The notes beneath the pieces were generated by a model that saw nothing but the letters and a program-made list of their open reading frames with translations, did no database searches and was not told where the DNA came from. From Macrostomum lignano (taxonomy: Eukaryota), in contig NIVC01000020.1 in assembly GCA_002269645.1 (NCBI GenBank), positions 310,001 through 374,000 of the forward strand: DNA of 64,000 nt, read 5' to 3'. Numbering within the stretch: the stretch's first letter is position 1; the number at the start of each line of letters is the position of its first letter. The position numbers and the translations under genes were made by a program. Of this stretch, positions 34,830-45,826 are shown piece after piece.

Positions 34830-35500
34830 AATGAATAGAAGAGCTGAGGTTAAATATCTGCTCAAATCACTGAAATGAACAGAGCAGCTGAGGCTGAATG
34901 TCTGCTCAAGTCACTAAAATGAACAGAGCAGCTGAGGCTGAATGTCTGCTCAAGTCACTAAAATGAACAGAGCAGCTGAGGTTGAATGTCTGCTCAAGTC
35001 GCTAAAATGAACAGAGCAGCTGAGGCTGAATGTCTCCTGCTCAAGTCGCTAAAATGAACAGAGCAGCTGAGGCTAAATGTCTGCTCAAGTCGCTAAAATG
35101 AACAGAGCAGCTGAGGCTAAATGTCTCCTGCTCAAGTCGCTAAAATGAACAGAGCAGCTGAGGCTAAATGTCACCTGCTCAAGTCGCTAAAATGAACAGA
35201 GCAGCTGAGGCTGAATGTCTGCTCAAGTCACTAAAATGAACAGAGCAGCTGAGGCTGAATGTCTGCTCAAGTCACTAAAATGAACAGAGCAGCTGAGGTT
35301 GAATGTCTGCTCAAGTCACTAAAATGAACAGAGCAGCTGAGGTTGAATGTCTGCTCAAGTCACTAAAATGAACAGAGCAGCTGAGGCTAAATGTCTGCTC
35401 AAGTCGCTAAAATGAACAGAGCAGCTGAGGCTGAATGTCTGCTCAAGTCGCTAAAATGAACAGAGCAGCTGAGGCTAAATGTCAGCTCAAGTCACTATTA
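34830..35500. repeat. 44-bp minisatellite, about 15 copies, at the duplication junction
   Basis: Unit GTCTGCTCAAGTCACTAAAATGAACAGAGCAGCTGAGGCTGAAT. Confidence 0.93.
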
Positions 35501-35503
35501 CAA

Positions 35504-36797
35504 TGCAAGACGTCTTCTGATGCCATTCAGGAGGCACTGAAAAAGCGCGAGGAACAGGTTCAGGGCTGTCTTCTCCCCAACGGTGAGTTCTTACGCTCGT
35601 AATAATTGGATAATAACTTCGTCCGGTACTTTACCTTGAATTCTCGAACGTGAATTGCTCATCCAGGTCTGAACCAGCCGGCTCAGAAGTACAACGGCAG
35701 AAATTTGGGCTCGATTCGTCTGGTTTTCCAGCTCAGCTTCTCTGACAATGGCTACTGCCACTACCTGCAGCCAATATTCAGTGATGTGATCGCCGATATC
35801 AGTACGTACGTTTTCATCTCTAAAATTTCTTCAGTTTCTTTTCACACTCTTTAGTGATGTAGTGACACTCTTTAGTGACACTCTTTAGTGATGCAGTTGG
35901 ATCATTTTCATTGGCTAGTTTTGGGCAGAAAGTCCAAACAAATAGTACGAATTATTTTGTTCTTTTGAGCCTCCGTTTCTCATTCTCTTGCTTGAGTTTC
36001 TGCTTCATCGAGCCCTACCGAGAGCCTTCTGGACAGTTTCAAGAAAATAATGAATTAGCCGTCACTACTGTAGTACTGTACTACTCATAGCTTCTATCAA
36101 GATTTGACGTCAGTAACTCATCTTTAAATTTCCAGAAGAAGTCAGGGTCATTTACCCGGAGTCACTGAACCCTCAGGAAATTGCGCCAAATGGAGGCGAA
36201 ATCGCCATCTATTGCACAAATTGTAATGGCGCAGCTTTTGTTATTAGAGATATAAATTTGTTGATTGAATCGTGCTTTCTAAAGACGAGCCAAACATTTA
36301 TAAATTATTTCAGCACAAATGCCTATTAAAGAGGAAATTCGAGTGGTATTCGAGCTCAGTGTTGAGAGCAGTGAGACAACTGTGCGCGTTTCTGGCTGTG
36401 TCAAAAAAGTGATGAAGGTAAAACCTGCCTGCACTTTATACTGACAGACAATAGAGGCTTTTGATGCGCCAGGTAACTTGACAAAAATCTGCGTACCTTG
36501 CAGCACCTCATCATCGTCACTGTGCCAGACGTTCAGATGTACGTGAATACCGAGCGGACGAAGGCCAAAGTGCTCGTCGAACAGAACTTGCCCAAAACCG
36601 AGGACTCAACAAATTCGGCGCTTACTATCGCGTTCCTTCCTGGAGCACAGGTTGTAAGCAACTCGCAGTTTCGAAATTTTGACTTTTTGATCCAAATGAG
36701 CTCCAATGACGGAAAATAAATCTTCTGCTTCAATTAACAGGCCAGGACGGCTCGGAAGCGACCCGCTACTGCCTCGCTTGTGCAGGAAAAGACTTGA
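35504..36797 (+). pseudogene. 5'-truncated duplicate of the type-1 Rel gene (starts within exon 2; exons 3-7 intact)
   Basis: Near-identical to 23251-24543 but lacks exon 1 (DNA-recognition loop) and the exon 2 acceptor. Confidence 0.85.
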
Positions 36798-37352
36798 CCT
36801 TCATGCCCCTGGCCGCGAATTGAATGCGAGCGCGAATCACTCGAAGTTCACGTCGGTGGCAGTCTGCGTTTTTTCAGCAGACAGCAATTTTCGAGTCAGG
36901 AGACTCAGACTTTCGAATTACATTCCAAAGGATCTTCTTTGTGCTAATGGAATTTATTTCCTGAGATGACTTAAAGAAACACAACCACACTTACTCATAA
37001 AAATCTTATAGATATAGATCTTAAATCTAAAAGGAATTGAGTAGAGAAGAGCAGAAATTTTTCTTTTATTTAGGCTCAATGAAATTTACTTTTTTAAATT
37101 AATATATAGTTATAAAAAAGGATTATTTTTCATTATTTGTCTATTTTTTATTTTTATAACAACAGCAGGCAAAAGACACATTTGTTCGTCTCTGAATCCA
37201 TAGTTTAAATGTAGCCTTTATCCATAGTGTCCTATCATACTGCATAGAGACATCCTAGAACAATTTACGAGGATAGACACAGATTATTGCCAGAACATGG
37301 TAATGTGATCAAATGCGTTCTGTACCTGTGTAAATGTGTTTCAGCAACTCAA

Positions 37353-39294
37353 ATGTCTGAAGTGGCTCCCAAGCTGTCTCTGTCCATCGCTCATCAGCCG
37401 ACGAAAATCCATCGATTTCGCTACCTGAAGGAGGTCAGTGATGGCCGCATGGGCAGTGTTCTGCGCAGCCGCGCTCCTGGAGGCAAGACTCCAGTTGCAG
37501 TGACTGCGACTGTCCAATCTGTGAGCGCCGGCTACAAGCTGAAGCTGGTCGGCTGCACCATATTCGAGGACCTGATGACGCACCCGTTCTACCTGACTGG
37601 GGACGACTGTCGGAACGGCGTGTTCGAGAAGGAGCTGAGCAGCGAATCCGGGCCATCCGAGCAGGAAGTGAAGTGAGTCTCAGTCTTTATCGCAGTCTAG
37701 TTTATCTGAAAAGTGTCCACTTTTTCCTTCTCGAAAGAAGTCGAGCATGGGTCAGTTTTAGAAGTGTGGAGAGGCAAGACTTTTTGCGAATTCCGTTCTC
37801 CTGTTGCGGGCTCTGGGCTTATGCTGGCCCACACAGCATAAAAAGTGAGCTAAATGTGCAAGTATGAACATAAAGACATTAGGAAACAAAGTATTAGAAA
37901 GAGCTGAAGGATCTCCTGTTGCACCTACTACCTGATTGATGCATTCTGCTTCTACTCAGGCTGGAGAAGGTCGGCATCGTGTGCACTCCGAAAAAGCAGA
38001 GGAAGTCGAAAGGCAAGCCGAGCGGAGCCTCTGAGAATGGAGTTCCAGCACATATCGGCATGCAGAATGGAACCACACAAGAAGATAACTTTTACATGGA
38101 AAGAATTCAAAAGTACAACTTTTTTGGAAGTAAGTCGTGATTTGATAGACCTTCAAAACGCTGAATTTGTCTTTTCAAGAAGGCAAGTTCTCATTCATCC
38201 GCAGAGAAACCAAAACAGAATCCATTCCAAGGCAAAGACATCAACAAACTCAGACTGGCTTTCCAAGTGTTTTATCAGCTGCCGGGCTCAAGCGACTGGC
38301 TCGCTGCGGACTGCAGTCCTGTGTATACCGAAGTCATTGGAGATGCCAGTGAGTGCTCTTTCCCTTTAACTTTGCAAGAGTGATTTGCAATCAGGTAGAG
38401 GACCTGAGAGACTGCTTGACTTAGAACAAGAGCTTTTTCATTCCAGAGATCTTCTCCAAGATGGAAATCGAGTACATCATTCCGGACTCGGTGTCGCGTC
38501 CCGACCAGGACGTGTGGCTTTACACGAAGGACGATCTGCCAGGTATGCAGCTTTTATTTGGAGTTTTTTGAATGCCTGAATGCAAATAAATCGAGCCTTA
38601 ATTGCAGCTCAGAGCGTTGTCGAATTAACTGTGCGGCTGGAGCAAAAATCAGAGCCGTTTATGATTATCGAGCTGCAACCGAAGGAGTTGAAGAAGGTAA
38701 AGTCTCAGAGTTCATGTGTAAACTGATGCAGAAATACACTGCATAATTACGCAATCTCAGTCAGGGCTGAGTGATCAGCATAGTTACCTATTCAAAAGCA
38801 CTGTAATAGAAGGTGGAAGGTATGTTTTTCGGAGGCAACGGAAGCTTATTTAATGTCGATCAGAAAAAGTTTCGTCACTTTGTCAGTTTGTGCGTTCATT
38901 CCTCTAAATGTTCCTAATGCCTTTACAGCACCTGGTAGTGTTCAACTTCGAGCAGCTGATCTTGACAAACGCTGTTTCCGGCTCATTTTCTGTGACTCTC
39001 GTGGACAAGAAGAATGATGACTCGAGCGAGCCGGTGAAACTGGAGCTGATTAATTTGTCAAATGATCCGTCAGGTAAACCGTTTGGTTACTAAATTTAAT
39101 GCTGTAAATCCTTTAACAATACTTTTTATTATCCATGATGATTTTCAGGCTCTGACCCTGCAAATAAGAAGGCCAGACGTGATGAGAAGCCAACTGTTCC
39201 ACAAGATCCTATGGAGGAGCTCCTTGGCACTTTTCTGGATCATAATGTTGACATGCAGGATCTGTCGGAGGTTTACGTGGAGCCTTGTGCTTAG
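37353..39294 (+). CDS. Rel-homology-domain protein type 2, copy 3 (7 exons)
   Basis: Starts MSEVAPKLSLSIAHQPTKIHRFRYLKE, ends SEVYVEPCA*. Splice sites and frame intact. Exon 5 variant AQSVVEL...QKSEPFMII. Confidence 0.85.
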
Positions 39295-40702
39295 AACTGA
39301 CCAAGGGTTTGGAATTGAGTGGAAAAGACTTTCATCTTTCATTTTTTCACACTCTTGCTCTAATTTAACTCTAATTTAATTTTTCTGCTTTCACGGTTGG
39401 CCGTTCGTTCTGAATTTTCTGAGCCTCAAGTTGGCTTTGCAATGCGACGTTGCGTTCTACTTGTTGAAGATTTTGGTTCGCTGGTACAAGTACACATGCT
39501 GAGCTCGTAATCTTTCATGAGAAACCCTTCCCTTTGTTTAATTAATTCTTTTATCATAAGCGAGAGCTAATCAATATTGGAAATGTACAGCCATAATTTC
39601 AACTGCTACGGAACGTGAACAAGCAACTGATAAGCCAGCATTCTGAAATTTTTAGCTCTTCATTATTCTAACTTGAAATTTAAAGCGTTCAATTTCGTGG
39701 TTTGCTACGGCTTATTTCATCTTTTAATTTCAAATTATATTGAGTCACGATTCCCTGAAAACTGTTTCGCTTTTGAATGAAAGCACACCCGAGAGTACAC
39801 ACACAAGAAATGTGCGCTAATAGCTCCATGTTCTGACGGCTTTTCCATGGTTTTTCCACTTCATTTTGTTCTCTTTATGTGTGTGCATTTAGTTTTGCGT
39901 GCATACACTGTACTCTCATTGTACAGCTTGCTCTGGCAAGTGCTTGCGGAGTTCCTTTTTTCCTTACTCGTAAAAAGCGGCCAGACTGCAACTTCTGCAT
40001 TGTGCATTGCAGTTTGGTCCTCCTGTCGTCTTAAAATTACTGCTTCAAGAGTAAGTGTTTTTTTCGATTGTTGTCTTTTAATTAAAATCGAAACCCAATT
40101 TCTTCCAGCTTAATCATTCATTCTATGCATTATTAGTGTTGGGTAAAACGTTTAAACGTACAAATGAAATGTTCTCATTCACTACGAGCGTAGTTTTCAC
40201 GACCCACAATTGCTCTCAACTTTACAATCCCAAAACTATGCATCCCTATTTTGCATATGTTCGCTTTTTCATAAATTGCTTCTTCCAGAAATTTCGAATA
40301 GCTTAGTTGCGTGTGAAAGCTTTGTCTATTGAGCAAATTAAATGCCTGTTATTTTCTTTCAGGCTTTCAAATTTTTTGACTCTTCATAGAGGTTTTGGGC
40401 CGGCTTTACAGTGTTTTGTTGGCTTTTCTGCCAAGCGTTGCCGGACGCATCGACAATTTTCCATTTTTGAGCTCAATAGCTATAAACTTCTAATTAGTTT
40501 TCCGAGACCAAATTTTCGGAGTGAAACTGGGACATATTTACTGTACAACAGTCAAGTTGGCAGAACTGCTCGCTCACAGTAAGCCCATGAAGCTTTTTGG
40601 CCGACCCGCTACATCCATAATTTGTTTTCTCATCTTCAATGGGAAGCGAAGCACCCCTAAATTTTTCGTTCTTCATATTTCAGTCCCAAATAATATCCCA
40701 AA

Positions 40703-41512
40703 AGCTTGGTTGTGAAAGTGTGTGCGCAATGTGAATGTTGAGACTCTTGTAGTTTAGGGATCGTAAAAAAGCTTGGTTGTGAAAGTGTGTGCGCAATGTG
40801 AATGTTGAGACTCTTGTAGTTTAGGGATCGTAAAAAAGCTTGGTTGTGAAAGTGTGTGCGCAATGTGAATGTTGAGACTCTTGTAGTTCAGGGATCGTAA
40901 AAAAGCTTGGTTGTGAAAGTGTGTGCGCAATGTGAATGTTGAGACTCTTGTAGTTTAGGGATCGTAAAAAAGCTTGGTTGTGAAAGTGTGTGCGCAATGT
41001 GAATGTTGAGACTCTTGTAGTTTAGGGATCGTAAAAAAGCTTGGTTGTGAAAGTGTGTGCGCAATGTGAATGTTGAGACTCTTGTAGTTCAGGGATTGTA
41101 AAAAAGCTTGGTTGTGAAAGTGTGTGCGCAATGTGAATGTTGAGACTCTTGTAGTTTAGGGATCGTAAAAAAGCTTGGTTGTGAAAGTGTGTGCGCAATG
41201 TGAATGTTGAGACTCTTGTAGTTTAGGGATCGTAAAAAAGCTTGGTTGTGAAAGTGTGTGCGCAATGTGAATGTTGAGACTCTTGTAGTTTAGGGATCGT
41301 AAAAAAGCTTGGTTGTGAAAGTGTGTGCGCAATGTGAATGTTGAGACTCTTGTAGTTTAGGGATCGTAAAAAAGCTTGGTTGTGAAAGTGTGTGCGCAAT
41401 GTGAATGTTGAGACTCTTGTAGTTTAGGGATCGTAAAAAAGCTTGGTTGTGAAAGTGTGTGCGCAATGTGAATGTTGAGACTCTTGTAGTTTAGGGATTG
41501 TAAAAAAGCTTA
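40703..41512. repeat. 67-bp minisatellite, about 12 copies
   Basis: Unit AAGCTTGGTTGTGAAAGTGTGTGCGCAATGTGAATGTTGAGACTCTTGTAGTTTAGGGATCGTAAAA. Confidence 0.95.
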
Positions 41513-42384
41513 GGAGAAAGTTAAAATGAGGGGTTGTGAAATATGAGGATTGTAAAGTTTGAAGTTTATGAAATATGGGGAATGTCTGTCAAATTTAGTG
41601 CATAAATATACAGAATGCATCCCATTTATAGTGCTTCAAGCACGCACCGAATATGCCGCAGTGATTGATGCGTCCTGTGTGTATTCTGTGATGGATAAGA
41701 CGCTTCACTTGTATGAGTAGCTTCCCCAGAAATCTCAGGTTATTTGGGGCTACAGGCTTCATCAAAGAACTGTCCTTTTTTATTCACAGTGAACTGAAGG
41801 AGTCTCTTGGGTAGCAATGCTGGCAAATCTCGAATATTAACTTCTAAGGGTCGACTTTGCACTGATGCACGCATGAAAATACTTTCTTTGAAGAACATTT
41901 TGACATTATCATACCAGATTATCAAGTAAGCCGTATCGGTGGAAAATCCGTATGGAATTAAAAGCTGCCGTGGAGCAACGCGTACATGTACTGGTCACAG
42001 CTCTCGCGGCATTTCTGTGTCCAAGATGACAGCCAATCTGCAGTGGTTTACAAGGCTTGATTAAAATAAGGCATTAACTACAATGCGTATCTCGGCTCAT
42101 AATGGGTTAAGTTGTAAGAAGTCGATTACAGGGCCTAATCAAGCGTGCGCATGGTGCAGCCGTTTTTCTGAGCAAAAAATGACTTTTGAGGCTCATCATG
42201 CGTTGCTATGGCTCAGGCTCGAAATTTTATTGACTGAAACTGCAGACCTGTTCATTCACAAATATAGTTTGTGAACAAAGCTTTGAGCCATAATGAAAAC
42301 CTGTCAATTGCGGGGAGTTCTGCTACACATTCTTGAACCAAACGATTAGTACAATCGTTTGCTCGGGCAAATTTTGATCTGCTA

Positions 42385-42600
42385 TGGGTTGTACTTGTAG
42401 CTTAGTGGTCAGTTCGAGCGTCGGACTCACGATCAAACTGTCGAGGGTTCGATTCTCAACCCACTCGGAACAATTTGTGTTTTTGAGCAAGACCACTCAA
42501 CTCTACATTGTGCACCCAGCTATAAAATGGTTACCAGAATTAGCCGGGGTTATTGAGGATGTGTGTGGCGACCCCCAGGGAGCCTTCAGATGCTCTGCAC
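42385..42600 (+). mobile_element. tRNA-derived SINE, copy in unit B
   Basis: A box TAGCTTAGTGG (42398-42408), B box GGTTCGATTC (42446-42455), same CORE-like body as 29750-29965. Confidence 0.7.
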
Positions 42601-42641
42601 AACAGCTGCTTCTCCACGCCTTGCCACATTTTATCCAGCTA

Positions 42642-44600
42642 ATGGAAATGGCTGAACCGGCTCCCAAGCTGTCTCTGTCCATCGCTGATCAGCATCAGCC
42701 GACGAAAATCCATCGATTTCGCTACCTGAAGGAGGTCAGTGATGGCCGCATGGGCAGTGTTCTGCAAAGCCGCACTGCTGGAGGCAATAGACAAGTTACA
42801 GTGACTGCGAATGTCCAATCTGTGAGCGCCGGCTGCAAGCTGAAGCTGGTCGGCTGCACCGTATTCGAGGACCTGATGACGCACCCGTTCTACCTGACTG
42901 GGGACGACTGTCGGAGCGGCGTGTTCGAGAAGGAGCTGAGAAGCGAATCCGAGCAGGAAGTGAGGTGAGTCTCAGTCTTTATCGCAGTCTACGCTCGTAG
43001 CTTATCTGAGGAATGTCCACTTTTTCCTTCTCGGAAGAAGTCGAGCATGGGTCAGTTTTGGAAGTGTGGAGAGGCGTTTTGCGAATTCCGTTATCCTTTT
43101 GCGGGCTCTGGGCTTATGCTGGCCCACACAGCATAAAAAGTGAGCTAAAAGTGCAAGTATGACCATAAAGACATTAGGAAACAAAGTATTAGAAAGAGCT
43201 GAAAGATCTCCTGTTGCACCTACTACCTGATCGATGCATTCTGCTTCTACTCAGGCTGGAGAAGGTCGGCATCGTGTGCACTCCGAAAAAGCCGAGGAAG
43301 TCGAAAGGCAAGCCGAGCGGAGCCTCTGAGAATGGAGTTCCAGCACATATCGGCATGCAGAATGCAACCGCACAAGAAGATAACTTTTACGGGGAAAGAA
43401 TTCAAAAGTACAACTTTTTTGGAAGTAAGTCGTGATTTGATAGACCTTAAAAACGCTGAATTCGTCTTTTCAAGAAGGCAAGTTTTCATTCATCCGCAGA
43501 GCCACCAAGGTCGAATCCATTCCAAGGCAAAGACATCAACAAACTCAGACTGGCCTTCCAAGTGTTTTATCAGCTGCCGGGCTCAAGCGATTGGCTTGCT
43601 GCGGACTGCAGACCTGTGTACACCGAAGTCATTGGAGATGCCAGTGAGTGCTCTTTCCCTTTAACTTTGCGTTAGGTATTTGCAATCAGGTAGATGACCT
43701 GAGAGACTGCTTGACTTAGAACAAGAGCTTTTTCATTCCAGAGATCTTCTCCAAGATGGAAATCGAGTTTATCATTCCGGACTCGGTGTGGCGTCCCGAC
43801 CAGGACGTGTGGCTTTACACGAAGGACGATCTGCCAGGTATGCAGCTTTTATTTGGAGTACCAAATTATGCTTTTTTGAATGCCTGAATGCAAATAAATC
43901 GAGCCTTAATTGCAGCTCAGAGCGTTGTCGAATTAACTGTGCGGCTGGAGCAGAAATCAGAGCCGTTTATGATTATCGAGCTGCAGCCGAAGGAGTTGAA
44001 GAAGGTAAAGTCTCAGAGTTCATGTGTAAACTGATGCAGAAATACACTGCATAATAACCCAATCTCAGGCAGGGCTGAGTGATCAGCATAGTTACCTATT
44101 CAAAAGCACTGTAATAGAAGGTGGAAGGTATGTTTTTCGGAGGCAACGGAAGCTTATTTAATGTCGATCAGAAAAAGTTTGGTCATTTTGTCAGTTTGTG
44201 CGTTCATGCCTCTAAATGTTCCTAATACCTTTGCAGCACCTGGTAGTGTTCAACTTCGAGCAGCCGATCTTGACAAACGCTGTTTCCGGCTCATTTTCTG
44301 TGACTCTCGTTGATAAGAGGAATGATGACTCGAGCGAGCCGGTGAAACTGGAGCTGATCAATTTGTCCAATGATCCGTCAGGTGAACCGTTTGGTTACTA
44401 AATTTAATGGCGCAAATCCTTTCGCATTTTTTTTATTTTCCATTGTGATTTCAGGCTCTGACCCTGTAAAAAAGAAGGCCAGGTGTGATGAGAAGCCAGC
44501 TGTTCAACAAGATTCCTTGGATGAGCTCGTTGGCACTTTTGTGGATGATAATGGGTACCTGGAGGATCTGTCGCAGCTTTACGTGGAGCCTCGTGCTTAG
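42642..44600 (+). CDS. Rel-homology-domain protein type 2, copy 4 (7 exons)
   Basis: Starts MEMAEPAPKLSLSIADQHQPTKIHRFRYLKE, ends SQLYVEPRA*. Splice sites and frame intact. Confidence 0.85.
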
Positions 44601-45826
44601 AACTGACCAAGGGTTTGGAATTGAGTGGAAAAGACTTTCATATTTCATTTTTTCACACTCTTGCTCTAATTTAACTCAAATTTCATTTTTCTGCTTTCAC
44701 GGTTGGCCGTTCGTTCTGAATTTTCTGAGCCTCAAGTTGGCTTTGCAATGCGACGTTGCGTTCTACTTGTTGAAGATTTTGGTTCGCTGGTACAAGTACA
44801 AATAAAAGCTCTATATATTCCTATGAGAAACCCTTATTCCCTCTGTTTAGTTTTATCAGCAACAGCTAATCCCAGTTTGAAAGTGTAGAGCCATAATTCC
44901 ACCTGCTTTGGATCGCGACAAAGCACACTGATAAACTTACATATTTAAGGTCTTCATTACGAGCATACTGAATTAAAATTCAAAGCGTCAAATATCGTCG
45001 TATGTATCCAAAAGAGGTGAAGAAGGTACTCTCGTAGTCTCCAAGTTTGTCTGGGGTTATCGGATTTACCGGTGCATGTATACTTTTAATAAAATTGTGC
45101 CTTTTCGTGCCCCAACAAGGTGATGCTCTCTACTTGAATCACAGCTACTCGTTGGCTTCCGCTGCTAGGACTGGACCTCAAGGACCTCGAATAACCTTGT
45201 ATTTGCTCGTACAGTAACATAATTAATACAGTTTTAATGCATATGAGTACAATTAACCTACTAGAATAGATAGCTCCCGATTCAACGGTTTTTTCCGCGG
45301 ATTTTTCAGTTCTTCTTAACACGTTTTCGAAAAGTAAATTGCTCTCTGCATTGAGGGAAATTGTCTTCAATGTTCATTTTTAATATCCAGAAACCTTATC
45401 GGTGCACTCCACGCAATTTTTTTATCAATTTATTAATCTTGGATGCATTCTCAAATAAAATGATTTTTTTCAAAACAAGATGTGTTTGAAAAATGATTTC
45501 AAACAACTTAGACATTTGTCTGAAACTCCACTCCGAGTGCACAAAGTGAATCGAACGTTTTTTTTGACGAACTGCACCTGTGTATTGTGCGATTATTGTT
45601 ATCAAAATAATTGGTCGTTAAGTTAGTTAATTTGCTAACCATTAGAATCGGTAGGAATATATTACAAAAGTTATTGGGAGAAATTAAATTCATAATGTTT
45701 TAGTACACACAAAAGTTTATTAGCTAATCAGAAGTCTGGCTCTGTTCAGTCTGTTGGCTCCTGAAGCATGCAAAGTTGGAGTGGAGCAGCCGGTCCGGTC
45801 ACCGCGCGCCTGCTGCGCACTGCAGC

